DNA from: Kiritimatiellia bacterium
GTDB lineage: Bacteria > Verrucomicrobiota > Kiritimatiellia > JAAZAB01
Assembly: GCA_028718125.1 (NCBI GenBank)
Contig: JAQUMN010000006.1
Span: forward strand, 51,806 to 115,805
Direction: 5' to 3'
DNA: 64,000 nt
The position numbers were made by a program, and so were the translations under genes. This document shows, one piece after another, positions 17,677 through 26,266 of the stretch (within the stretch, counting starts at the first letter, position 1; each line of letters begins with the position of its first letter). Under the pieces are notes generated by a model. The model searched no databases and had not been told where the DNA came from. It saw only the letters and a program-made list of their open reading frames with translations.

Positions 17677-18330
17677 ATGAATTCGGTTAGAACAGACCTT
17701 GTTCGTTACGGCATAAAAATTGTCCAGGCCCGGCTGGTGGCCGGCGCCGGCGGCAACATGAGCGCCCGGGATGACGACATCATCTGGATGAAGCCCAGCG
17801 GACTGGCGCTGGATGAAATGACCCCGGCGGATTTGTGCGGCATGGACCTCAAGACGGGCCGACAGGTCAAGGGCAAACGCAAGCCAACCTCGGAGGTGAA
17901 CATGCATTTGGCGGTATATCGCGCGCGCCCGGATGTAAACGCCGTATTTCATACCCATTCCGCCTGGGCCTCAGGCGTCATTACTTCGGGCATTACCTTG
18001 CGGCCGATGTTTGCCGAGTTTGTCAACGATTTAGGCCGCACGGGCACTGTTCCCTATATTACGCCTACCACCCAGCGCCTGGCGGATGCCATGGGTAATA
18101 AAGCCCGGACATGCGACACGATCTTCATGGTCAATCACGGCGTGCTGGCGGTCGGCGTGAACCAGAAACAAGCTTATTTTCGCGTGGTGGTGGTGGAAGA
18201 CGCGGCCAAATCGCTCGTAGCTGCCTGCGTGGTGGGCCGACCGAAATTTTTAACCCAAAGTCAAGCCAAAGAAATCCTGTCGCTTCCTGCGGTCAAGCAT
18301 CGCACCAAAATGGCGGAAGCGGGCGGGTAG
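17677..18330 (+). CDS. Class II aldolase/adducin-family protein (rhamnulose- or fuculose-1-phosphate aldolase-like)
   Basis: AGAGGNMSARD, EVNMHLAVY and VFHTHS motifs. A good SD (CAGGAG) lies upstream. Confidence 0.8.
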   Translation: MNSVRTDLVRYGIKIVQARLVAGAGGNMSARDDDIIWMKPSGLALDEMTPADLCGMDLKTGRQVKGKRKPTSEVNMHLAVYRARPDVNAVFHTHSAWASGVITSGITLRPMFAEFVNDLGRTGTVPYITPTTQRLADAMGNKARTCDTIFMVNHGVLAVGVNQKQAYFRVVVVEDAAKSLVAACVVGRPKFLTQSQAKEILSLPAVKHRTKMAEAGG

Positions 18331-18383
18331 GCGGGCGGAAGACAAAGACGGAATAACGACAGAAAAAAAGGAGCTGATTTTTC

Positions 18384-19430
18384 ATGAAAGCGGCTGTGAT
18401 CAAAAAACCGGGTGTGATTGTGGTGGAGAACGTGCCGGCTCCGAATCCGGGCGCCGGAGAGGTGTTGTTAAAGGTCGAGGCCTGTGCGTTGTGCGGCACC
18501 GATCAGCGCGTGCTCTCGGGCGAAAAACACGTGGATGTGAATATCGTGGGCCATGAAATCACCGGCGCGGTGGCGGGCGTCGGGGCAGGGGTAAAAGCGA
18601 TCAGGAAAGGCCAGCGTTTTATTGTGCAGACGGTCATCGGCTGTGGCCAGTGCCCGATGTGCAGAATCCACCGCGAGAACCTGTGCGAAAAGGGGTTCGC
18701 CGCCATGGGTTACCAGTTTAACGGCGGATTCGCCGAATACATGGTAATGCCGAAAGTGGCTGTGGACCAGGGCTGCCTGATCCCGATTCCGGCCGATCTG
18801 CCGGCGGAGACCGGCACGCTGATCGAACCCCTGAGTTGTTGCGTCAACGGCATGAAATACATTCCCATGGAACAGATTGAGCATGTCGTGATTTTCGGCG
18901 GCGGGATTATCGGCGTGCTCAACGGCCTCGTGGCCCGCGCGCGCGGCGCCAAGCGTGTCACCATCATGGACGTGTCCCCGGTGCGGCTGGACCTTTTGAA
19001 AAAACTGGGCCTGCCGTTTGACGACCTGATTAATTCGGGCGTCAACAATCCGTCCGAATGGGTCAAGACGGCGACCGGCGGGCGCGGTGTGGATGCCGTG
19101 GTCGTGGCGGCTTCCGTGAAGGCACTGGTGGGAGTCGGTCTGAATCTGTTACGCCGGGCGGGGCATCTTTCTGTTTTTGCCGGCATGCCCAAATCCGACC
19201 CAGTACTTCCGTTGGACGCGAACCGGATCCATTATTACGAGCTCAACCTGCATGGCGCCAATAGCTCCTCGCAGGCGGAATACCTGCAGGCCCGCGATTT
19301 CCTGGTGGTCGGCAAAATCGATGGGCGTCCGCTGGTAACCCATCGTTTCCGCTTGGACCAGTTTAACGAAGCCGTTAAGACCCAGGGCGATCCGGCCTGC
19401 GGGTCGTTGAAAATCGTGATTATTCCGTAA
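18384..19430 (+). CDS. Zinc-dependent medium-chain alcohol/polyol dehydrogenase
   Basis: Catalytic-zinc context CALCGTD...GHEITG, structural-zinc Cys cluster GCGQCPMCR..ENLC, and a GGGIIG Rossmann motif. Confidence 0.8.
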   Translation: MKAAVIKKPGVIVVENVPAPNPGAGEVLLKVEACALCGTDQRVLSGEKHVDVNIVGHEITGAVAGVGAGVKAIRKGQRFIVQTVIGCGQCPMCRIHRENLCEKGFAAMGYQFNGGFAEYMVMPKVAVDQGCLIPIPADLPAETGTLIEPLSCCVNGMKYIPMEQIEHVVIFGGGIIGVLNGLVARARGAKRVTIMDVSPVRLDLLKKLGLPFDDLINSGVNNPSEWVKTATGGRGVDAVVVAASVKALVGVGLNLLRRAGHLSVFAGMPKSDPVLPLDANRIHYYELNLHGANSSSQAEYLQARDFLVVGKIDGRPLVTHRFRLDQFNEAVKTQGDPACGSLKIVIIP

Positions 19431-19459
19431 GGTAATGGGCAGGCACGAAAGGAAAAAAT

Positions 19460-20242
19460 ATGCTCAAAGATAAACGGGCGGTAATTACCGGCGGAGCGCA
19501 GGGATTGGGCGAAGCCCTTACCGTGCGCCTGCTGAAGGAAGGTTGCCGCGTCCTGGTGGCCGATATTCAGGACAAGCAAATTGATGCGACGGTGGGCAAA
19601 CTCCGTAAATTGTTTGGCGACAAAGTTGATGGGCTGAAATGCGACGTGACCGTGGAGTCCGATGTCGCCGCACTGATTGACAAAGCCGTGCAACGGTTCG
19701 GCGGTCTGGACATTTTTGTGGCCAATGCCGGCATTCTTGTTTCGGGAGCCATAACCGAGTTCGATGTCGCCAAATGGCGCAAGGTCATGGAAGTCAATCT
19801 GGTGGGCCAGATGATCTGTATGAAGTATGTGCTGAAGGTCATGGCTGGTCAGAAAAGCGGCTCATATATCCAAATCAATTCCAAGTCGGGTAAAAAAGGT
19901 TCGTTCAAGAATTCGGCATATGCCGCTTCCAAGTTCGGCGGAATCGGGCTGGTGCAGAGCGCGGCGCTGGAAATGGCCGCATTGGATGTGCGTGTTAATG
20001 CTGTCTGTCCGGGCAACCTGCTGGATTCGCCGCTGTGGGTCAACAGTTTGTTCAAACAATATGCGCAGAACTTGGGGATTACCGAGGCCGCCGTGCGGCA
20101 GAAGTATATTGACCAGGTGCCCATGAAACGCGGGTGCGTGTATGAGGATGTCTGCAACGTAGTGGTGTTCCTGGCCTCGGAACAATCCGGCTACATGACC
20201 GGCCAGGCCATCAACGTGACCGGCGGGCAGGAGATGCGCTGA
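19460..20242 (+). CDS. SrlD-like short-chain dehydrogenase (sorbitol-6-phosphate dehydrogenase / RhaW-like)
   Basis: TGGAQGLG, IQINSKSGKKGS, YAASKFGG, GNLLDSP, YIDQVPMKRGC and INVTGGQ. These blocks match E. coli SrlD closely, from memory. Confidence 0.8.
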   Translation: MLKDKRAVITGGAQGLGEALTVRLLKEGCRVLVADIQDKQIDATVGKLRKLFGDKVDGLKCDVTVESDVAALIDKAVQRFGGLDIFVANAGILVSGAITEFDVAKWRKVMEVNLVGQMICMKYVLKVMAGQKSGSYIQINSKSGKKGSFKNSAYAASKFGGIGLVQSAALEMAALDVRVNAVCPGNLLDSPLWVNSLFKQYAQNLGITEAAVRQKYIDQVPMKRGCVYEDVCNVVVFLASEQSGYMTGQAINVTGGQEMR

Positions 20243-20247
20243 AATTA

Positions 20248-20334
20248 GACACCGGACGCCAGACGCCGGATGACAGACAGCGGATCAAAGAAGCAAACAT
20301 CGAACATCCAACATCCAACGCCGAACATCGAATA
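20248..20334. repeat. About 100-bp direct repeat, copy D2
   Basis: GACACCGGACGCCAGACGCCGGATGAC...AGAAGCAAACATCGAACATCCAACATCCAACGCCGAACATCGAATA is homologous to D1. Confidence 0.7.
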
Positions 20335-20359
20335 TCGAATGTCTGAAAACAAATGGCAT

Positions 20360-21898
20360 ATGAAAAATCGAAAATCGAAAATCGAAAATCGGAAATCCGC
20401 CCGCTTCCTGGCCATTGACCTGGGGGCCTCGGGCGGAAAATGTTTTGCCGGCGTGTTTGAGCAGGGCGCTTTCTCCATGCGCGAGGTGCACCGGTTCGCC
20501 TATGAAAGCGTTTCCTTCCATTTGCCCGGCCGCGCCGGCCATCCCGTGGAGCGCATGGTTTGGGACGATACGCTCATCTACGCCAATATCCTGACGGGGC
20601 TGCGCGCGTACCGGCGTGAAGTGGGGAAAAGCCTCGATGCCATCGGCATTGATACCTGGGGCGCGGATGGCCAGTTTATTACCAAAGACGGCGATATGCT
20701 GGGCAAGATCTATGCCTACCGCGACCACCGCCTGGACAAAATGATTGACCAGGTTAAGGCACGCATCCCGGCCGAGCGGATTTACGCGATCACGGGAATC
20801 CATTTTCAGCCGTTCAATGTCAGCAACCAGATCCTCTGGTTCGTGCAGAACCGCAAGCCCCTGCTGATATCCGGCGCGCGATATGTGCCGGTCCCATCGC
20901 TCTTTTATTATTACCTGGGAGGCATCATCAAGGTGGATTCATCCTGGGCGAGCGTTACCCAACTCATGGACGCCAAGTCAAAAACCTGGAGCCGCGAAAT
21001 TCTGAAAAAGCTCGGTATTCCGCCATCTCTCCTGCCGGGGATTGTGGCGCCGGGCACGGTGATCGGCAAGCTTCAAAGTGAAATCGCGTATGCGGTTGGA
21101 TTAAACGCGGCCAGCCTGGTTGCCGTCGGCGCCCACGACACGGCCAGCGCCTTTGCCGCCGCGCCGGTGGATGACCCGCGCGAGGCGCTGATCATCAGTT
21201 CGGGCACATGGTCGCTGGTGGGCAAACTGGTCCCGGAGCCGATCACGACTCCGCAGGCCATGGCGGCCAATCTCAGCAACGAGGGAGGGATCGGCAACAT
21301 CCGCCTCCTGAAAAACTGCATGGGTGGCTGGCTGGTGCATGAACTGCGGCGTGCCTGGCGCAATGCCGACGGCAAGGAAATGGAATGGCCCGAGCTGTAT
21401 TCTCAGGCGCAGTCTGCACAGCCGTTTGCGGCTTTTATTGATCCCGATAACGCCGATTTCTACAACCCGGCCAACATGGAAAAGGCCTTTGGCGATTATT
21501 GCCGGAAGACAGGGCAACGCGTTCCGACGACCCGCGGTGGCATGGTGCGTATGGCCTATGAGAGCCTGGCGCTGAAGTACCGGATGATCAACGAGGATAT
21601 TTCCGCCGTGTGTGGCCAGAAGACTGTCCAAGTGCATATAGTGGGCGGTGGCTCGCAGAACGAACTGCTCAACCAATTTACCGCCGATGCCCTGGGCCTA
21701 CCGGTGGTGGCCGGCCCCGCGGAAGCCACGGCCGTGGGGAATATCATGGTGCAGGCCATGGGGATGGGTGTTATCCGTTCCCTGCGCGATGCCCTGCCGA
21801 TCATCAAGCAGGCGTTCCCCATCAAGGAATTCAAACCGGCCGACACCGCCGCCTGGGACCAGGCCTATGTCCGATTCCGTAAGCTCATAGTAATATAG
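20360..21898 (+). CDS. rhaB: FGGY-family sugar kinase (rhamnulokinase-like)
   Basis: FLAIDLGASGGK, IDTWGADG, VGAHDTASAF, SSGTWSLVG and HIVGGGSQNELLNQFTADA. ORF 20270.. was trimmed to the ATG at 20360. The gene symbol is tentative. Confidence 0.7.
   Translation: MKNRKSKIENRKSARFLAIDLGASGGKCFAGVFEQGAFSMREVHRFAYESVSFHLPGRAGHPVERMVWDDTLIYANILTGLRAYRREVGKSLDAIGIDTWGADGQFITKDGDMLGKIYAYRDHRLDKMIDQVKARIPAERIYAITGIHFQPFNVSNQILWFVQNRKPLLISGARYVPVPSLFYYYLGGIIKVDSSWASVTQLMDAKSKTWSREILKKLGIPPSLLPGIVAPGTVIGKLQSEIAYAVGLNAASLVAVGAHDTASAFAAAPVDDPREALIISSGTWSLVGKLVPEPITTPQAMAANLSNEGGIGNIRLLKNCMGGWLVHELRRAWRNADGKEMEWPELYSQAQSAQPFAAFIDPDNADFYNPANMEKAFGDYCRKTGQRVPTTRGGMVRMAYESLALKYRMINEDISAVCGQKTVQVHIVGGGSQNELLNQFTADALGLPVVAGPAEATAVGNIMVQAMGMGVIRSLRDALPIIKQAFPIKEFKPADTAAWDQAYVRFRKLIVI
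20364..20391 (+). repeat. Tandem heptamer tract (AAAATCG)x4 plus one degenerate unit
   Basis: Four perfect units at 20364-20391 are followed by GAAATCC. The tract occupies codons 2-11 of the proposed kinase reading frame. Confidence 0.9.
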
Positions 21899-22000
21899 GG
21901 CGCGACCCTCCGTAGGAAGGCGGGCAAGCCTTGCGTCGCGCCATTGGAATTATTGGGTGAAAATGGTCTGACGCAAGGTCAGGTCCTACGGGGCGCGGAA
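21898..22000. terminator. GC-rich long inverted repeat between convergent rhaB-like and xthA genes (possible bidirectional terminator)
   Basis: GGGCGCGAC...GTCGCGCC forms a local hairpin (21898-21942). CCTTGCGTC/GACGCAAGG and CCGTAGGA/TCCTACGG pair 21901-21942 with 21971-22000. Confidence 0.4.
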
Positions 22001-22006
22001 GACAAA

Positions 22007-22780
22007 TCAAACCTCAAATTCCGCCACGAGTACGGTATGGTCTGAGGCCTGGAGATTGAGGCGCGGGGCCAAGTCAATGTAACTATCTCGGGATTTGTTC
22101 GCAAGGGGTGGGGTTGCCAGGATGTGATCCACCCGCCAGCCCATCTTTCGCTTGACCGCGTTGGCGGTGCGGTAATCGAAGAAAGTATACTGCCCGCCTT
22201 CCGGATGGTATTTCCGGAAGACGTCCACGAATCCCCATGTCTTGGTGCGTTCGAATGCTTGGCGCACGTCCTGGTGATAGCAAACATGGTTGGCCTGCTG
22301 ATCCGCATTGTGGATATCCTTGGCCTCCGGTGCCACGTTGAGATCGCCGACCCAGACCAGCAATGTCCTGGGCGTGAAATGCCGATCAAACCATTCCCGC
22401 AGCCGCTCGAACCACTTGAGTTTGTATTGGTACATTTCGTTCTCAATGTCACGGCCTTGTGGAACATAGGTGTTGACTACCTGAACAGGTCCGAACCTGG
22501 CCGAGATTAAACGCGTTTCGTCCGGCGATTGGCCGTCGTCCAGCCCGAACAGTACATGGGTCGGCTTGGCTTTGGAGAGAATTGCCACACCGTTATACGA
22601 TTTTTCGCCCCGGAAAATTACCTCGTAACCGGCGGCGGTAATCTCCGCCACCGGGAAATCCTGGTCCTGCACCTTGGTTTCCTGGAGGCACAGGACATCA
22701 GGCCGGTTTTTGGCCAGCCAGTTGCTGACGGTCGTTATCCGTGAGCGGATTGAATTGACGTTGAATGTGGCGATTTTCAT
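22007..22780 (-). CDS. xthA: Exodeoxyribonuclease III
   Basis: ORF trimmed to the ATG at 22780 (MKIATFNVNSIRSR...). Contains LCLQETK, GDLNV and SDH near the C-terminus. Confidence 0.9.
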   Translation of the reverse strand: MKIATFNVNSIRSRITTVSNWLAKNRPDVLCLQETKVQDQDFPVAEITAAGYEVIFRGEKSYNGVAILSKAKPTHVLFGLDDGQSPDETRLISARFGPVQVVNTYVPQGRDIENEMYQYKLKWFERLREWFDRHFTPRTLLVWVGDLNVAPEAKDIHNADQQANHVCYHQDVRQAFERTKTWGFVDVFRKYHPEGGQYTFFDYRTANAVKRKMGWRVDHILATPPLANKSRDSYIDLAPRLNLQASDHTVLVAEFEV

Positions 22781-22894
22781 CGTGAAAAAAATGATACCTG
22801 AATGCCAGCAGGCAAGCAATATTCAACTTGAAATAACGAAATTCGGCCAAGGCGGACAAAATTGATCCGTTGAGATAATCATTGAAGCCGGGAG

Positions 22895-23066
22895 TGCGTC
22901 AAGAACGGTCTCGAGGAAGCTCCCGCCGTCAGTCGCCAGGAGGCTATGGCGGTCAAGCTGCCCCTCCATGAATGCCAATTTTTCCGTGATTTTGGAGGGC
23001 GCCCGATCACGCCGCGGGCGGGTATCGGGACTGCGACGCCGTTGGTTTCGCCATGGATGACACGGG
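22895..23066. repeat. Dispersed 175-bp structured repeat, copy B2
   Basis: See B1. Same orientation. It lies in the divergent region between xthA and the nagB-like gene. Confidence 0.8.
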
Positions 23067-23068
23067 TA

Positions 23069-23098
23069 GAGCAATTGAAGTCAGAGCAATTGAAGTCA
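23069..23098 (+). promoter_or_regulatory. Perfect 15-bp tandem duplication (GAGCAATTGAAGTCA x2), candidate operator
   Basis: Two identical units at 23069-23083 and 23084-23098, each holding the palindrome CAATTG. They lie 74 nt upstream of the nagB-like ATG and are followed directly by TTGACA. Confidence 0.35.
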
Positions 23099-23171
23099 GT
23101 TGACATTCCGTGGAAATATAATAAGTTATCTGCTTACATATATCTTTCAACCACCATAGAAAGGGAGACGC

Positions 23172-23939
23172 ATGAGCCTGAAAATTTATTCCGATCCGGA
23201 AAAAATGGGTGCTGCGGCCGCCGTTTTCGGAGCCGAAAAAATCCGCGCCGCTATCACCGCCAAAGGTTCGGCCAATATCATCGTTGCGACGGGCGCCAGC
23301 CAATTCACAATGCTTAAGAACTTGGCGAAGGCGCCGGGCATCGACTGGGGCAAAATCACGATGTTCCATCTTGATGAATATGTCGGGCTTCCCGAAACGC
23401 ATCCGGCAAGTTTCCGTAAATATATCAAGGAGCGTTTTGTTGCGCAGCTCCCGGTTGCTCTGGCGGCGGCATATTATGTCGACGGCAGCAATCCGAATCC
23501 GCAGGCGGCCTGCGACGCGCTGGGAAAGATCATAGCGAAGCATCCCATCGACGTCTGCTTCATCGGGATCGGCGAAAACGGGCACATTGCCTTCAACGAT
23601 CCCCCGGCTGACTTCGATACCAGGAAAGCATATCTCGTGGTCAATCTTGACGAGGCCTGCCGCAAGCAGCAATTCGGCGAAGGCTGGTTCCCCACGCTCA
23701 ACGACGTCCCGAAGCAGGCGATCTCCATGAGTGTGCGCCAGGTCATGAAAAGCCGTACGATCGTCAATACCGTTCCCGATGCGCGCAAGGCATATGCCAT
23801 GCAGATCACGTTTGAAGGCGAGCTCGGCCCGATGCACCCCGCATCGGTCATCAGGCTCCACCCGGACGCCGCCACCTTCTGCGATGTTGCCGCGGCTGCA
23901 AAACTCAGCGCGTTTACGCGGAGCATCTGCGCCGCATAA
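23172..23939 (+). CDS. Glucosamine-6-phosphate deaminase/6-phosphogluconolactonase-family protein (NagB-like)
   Basis: ATGASQ, FHLDEYVGL and IGIGENGHIAFNDP motifs. Confidence 0.75.
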   Translation: MSLKIYSDPEKMGAAAAVFGAEKIRAAITAKGSANIIVATGASQFTMLKNLAKAPGIDWGKITMFHLDEYVGLPETHPASFRKYIKERFVAQLPVALAAAYYVDGSNPNPQAACDALGKIIAKHPIDVCFIGIGENGHIAFNDPPADFDTRKAYLVVNLDEACRKQQFGEGWFPTLNDVPKQAISMSVRQVMKSRTIVNTVPDARKAYAMQITFEGELGPMHPASVIRLHPDAATFCDVAAAAKLSAFTRSICAA

Positions 23940-24039
23940 AAGGCTGTGGCCTGCAGGTAATCGGCCGATTTGGCATGGATTTTGCCGATGCCGCTCTTGA
24001 TTAAACTTTTGCCCGCTTATTGCCTGAAATGAGGGGTCT

Positions 24040-25296
24040 ATGCCCGCTTCACGATCGCTCGCCGCCACGGTCGCCCGGATCTTCAAGCAAACCCCGGCAA
24101 CCGATATTCATACCCATCTCTTCGACCCCGCCATGGGCCCGTTGTTGCTCTGGGGGATTGACGAGCTGCTGACCTATCATTACCTGGTGGCCGAGGTGCT
24201 GCGCGCGCGGACGGATGTGAGTCTCAAAAGTTTCTGGGATACGCCGAAGCCGGCGCAGGCGGAATTGGTCTGGCAGGAGTTGTTTGTCAGGCGTACGCCG
24301 GTTTCGGAAGCCTGCCGGGGGGTGCTGACCGTCCTCCAGACGCTGGGCTTGAACGCCAATGCCGAAAATCTATCCGGTATCCGCAAGTATTTTGCCGCGC
24401 AGAATGTGCGCGGCTATGTGGACCAGGTATTCAAACTGGCCGGGGTGGAACGCGTCTATATGACCAACGATCCGCTCAATCCGACGGAACGCGCGCTCTG
24501 GGAAAAAGGATTTGGGCGCGATCCCCGCTTCCTTGCCACCCTGCGGCTGGACAGCGCATTAAAAGATTGGCCCGGGAGCGTCGGCAATCTCATAGCCATG
24601 GGTTATGCGGTGGATACGTCGCTTGCCGGGCGGACTTTGAGTGAAGTCCGCCGTTATCTCGCTGATTGGAGCCAACGGATCGATGCCCGTTATCTGGCCA
24701 TCAGCCTGGCGCCGAATTTCCGATATCCGGATGTCACGGCCAGTTTAACGAATCTGATAGTCAAGGCGGTGATTCCGGTGGCCCGCGAACGGGGTATTCC
24801 CGTGGCCCTGATGATTGGTGTTCGCAAGGCGGTCAACCCTTTGCTGGGCGATGCGGGCGATTCGGTTGGTGGAGCGGATATCGCCGCGCTGGAAAATCTG
24901 GCGCGCGATTTCGGTGATGTGACGTTCCTGGCGACCTTGTTGGCGCGCGAGGACATGCATGGCCTGTGCGTGGCCGCCCGAAAATTCAAGAATATTATAC
25001 CGTTCGGCTGCTGGTGGTTTCTCAATAACCCGTTCCTGGTCCGCGAGATTACGGCCATGCGCCTGGAAATGCTGGGGCTTTCATTTGTTCCCCAGCATTC
25101 AGATTGCCGTGTCCTGGACCAGCTCATTTACAAGTGGATGCATTCCCGTGAGATTATCGGTTCAGTACTGGCGGCAAAATACGATGACCTGGAGCGGGCC
25201 GGCCGGCCGGTTTCCGCAGCCGATATTCGCCGTGATCTGGCAACGCTGTTCGATGGCCGCCTGATTAACCAGCGGCTGCCTGCCGTTACCGCGTAA
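24040..25296 (+). CDS. Glucuronate-isomerase-like (UxaC family, distant) TIM-barrel protein
   Basis: N-terminal TDIHTHLFDP (compare DYHCHL). C-terminal FGCWWFLN...LEMLGLS..V...SD.R (compare GSGWWFND...LAQLGLL..FVGMLTDSR in E. coli UxaC, from memory). Confidence 0.5.
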   Translation: MPASRSLAATVARIFKQTPATDIHTHLFDPAMGPLLLWGIDELLTYHYLVAEVLRARTDVSLKSFWDTPKPAQAELVWQELFVRRTPVSEACRGVLTVLQTLGLNANAENLSGIRKYFAAQNVRGYVDQVFKLAGVERVYMTNDPLNPTERALWEKGFGRDPRFLATLRLDSALKDWPGSVGNLIAMGYAVDTSLAGRTLSEVRRYLADWSQRIDARYLAISLAPNFRYPDVTASLTNLIVKAVIPVARERGIPVALMIGVRKAVNPLLGDAGDSVGGADIAALENLARDFGDVTFLATLLAREDMHGLCVAARKFKNIIPFGCWWFLNNPFLVREITAMRLEMLGLSFVPQHSDCRVLDQLIYKWMHSREIIGSVLAAKYDDLERAGRPVSAADIRRDLATLFDGRLINQRLPAVTA

Positions 25297-26122
25297 GGAT
25301 ATGCGTTCGCGCATAGAGGCGGCGATAGGCGAGCGGGGGCATGCCTTCGTGACGATGAAAAATGCGTCGAAAATATCCGGCCTTTTGAAAACCACACGCA
25401 CGCGCGATCTGATCCACGTTGAGGGTGCTTTCACGCAGCAGCGCGCGGGCTTCGCGCAGGCGGCGTTGATAAATGAAATCCGTCAGCGTAATCCCCTTGA
25501 CCTGACGAAAAACACGCCCGAGGTAGTCCGGGTTGCAATGGAGTTCGTCGGCAATTCCCGCGGTGCTGATCGCGGACTGGAAATTGATCGTGCAGAAAGC
25601 CTCTGCGCGTCCGGCCAACACCTGCGCCGTGGCGGTCGTTTTTTTTGAAGGCCGGCCCACATCGGCTGCTTCGCACAGCATGAGCATGACCAGCAATGCC
25701 GCTGGGATCGGCTGAAGGGCGCCCGCTTCCTGGTCGTTAATGAAACAATGATATAATTCCGCCAGACGGTCAGGGCGCCGCACGACAGCCTGCTGGGGAA
25801 CTACAATGCGATTATCCGGGGAAAAATGTTTTATACTTGGCGCGACCCGGAAGTGGATCCAATAGAACGATAAGTCGCACGGGTAGGGGCGAGTGCCGCC
25901 ATGGCGCCGCCCCGGCCACAGGACCAGCGTTTGGCCGGTTTCGATGACGAATGCGCGCCCTTGTTCCTGCAGGTCAAGGCGCCCCTTGCGCACAAAGATC
26001 AGCTCGAAGGAATCGATCACCCGGTCAGGATGGATGCCGCACCCGCGCGAGATAAAGAGTCCAGCATTGCACGCCGTCAGCGGTGGGTGCAGGGATAGCG
26101 TCAGTTTGTCGGCGGTAGTCAC
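25286..26122 (-). CDS. AraC-family transcriptional regulator (cupin sensor + HTH)
   Basis: C-terminal AraC HTH signature (...DYLGRVFRQ..G.T..DFI...RL..A..LL......V..IA...GF....YF.R.F....G..P..YR). GTG start at 26122. Confidence 0.85.
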   Translation of the reverse strand: MTTADKLTLSLHPPLTACNAGLFISRGCGIHPDRVIDSFELIFVRKGRLDLQEQGRAFVIETGQTLVLWPGRRHGGTRPYPCDLSFYWIHFRVAPSIKHFSPDNRIVVPQQAVVRRPDRLAELYHCFINDQEAGALQPIPAALLVMLMLCEAADVGRPSKKTTATAQVLAGRAEAFCTINFQSAISTAGIADELHCNPDYLGRVFRQVKGITLTDFIYQRRLREARALLRESTLNVDQIARACGFQKAGYFRRIFHRHEGMPPLAYRRLYARTHILTR

Positions 26123-26174
26123 GAAAAGTCGGAATCGTCCCTTTATTATACGGTTCTCGCCTCTTGTCCTTTAT

Positions 26175-26244
26175 ATTGTAGGTCGTATAAACTGCTTGGC
26201 AAGTCGGATATTGTAGGTCGTATAAGGTGCTTGGCAAGTCGGAA
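26175..26244 (+). promoter_or_regulatory. 2 x 35-bp direct repeat, candidate AraC-type operator
   Basis: ATTGTAGGTCGTATAAACTGCTTGGCAAGTCGGAT (26175-26209) is followed directly by ATTGTAGGTCGTATAAGGTGCTTGGCAAGTCGGAA (26210-26244), with 32 of 35 positions identical. It lies between the AraC gene and the beta-helix gene. Confidence 0.5.
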
Positions 26245-26266
26245 TCAACTGCAAGGGAGGAACCTC

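Noticed and set aside
20270-20359. N-terminal extension of the FGGY kinase ORF (MTDSGSKKQTSNIQHPTPNIEYRMSENKWH...)
   Set aside because: The extension is encoded entirely by repeat D2 and word repeats. The conserved kinase N-terminus (FLAIDLGASGGK) begins shortly after the ATG at 20360.
23007-24086. 359-aa ORF antisense to the NagB-like gene
   Set aside because: Shadow ORF. It also runs through repeat B2 and the promoter region.
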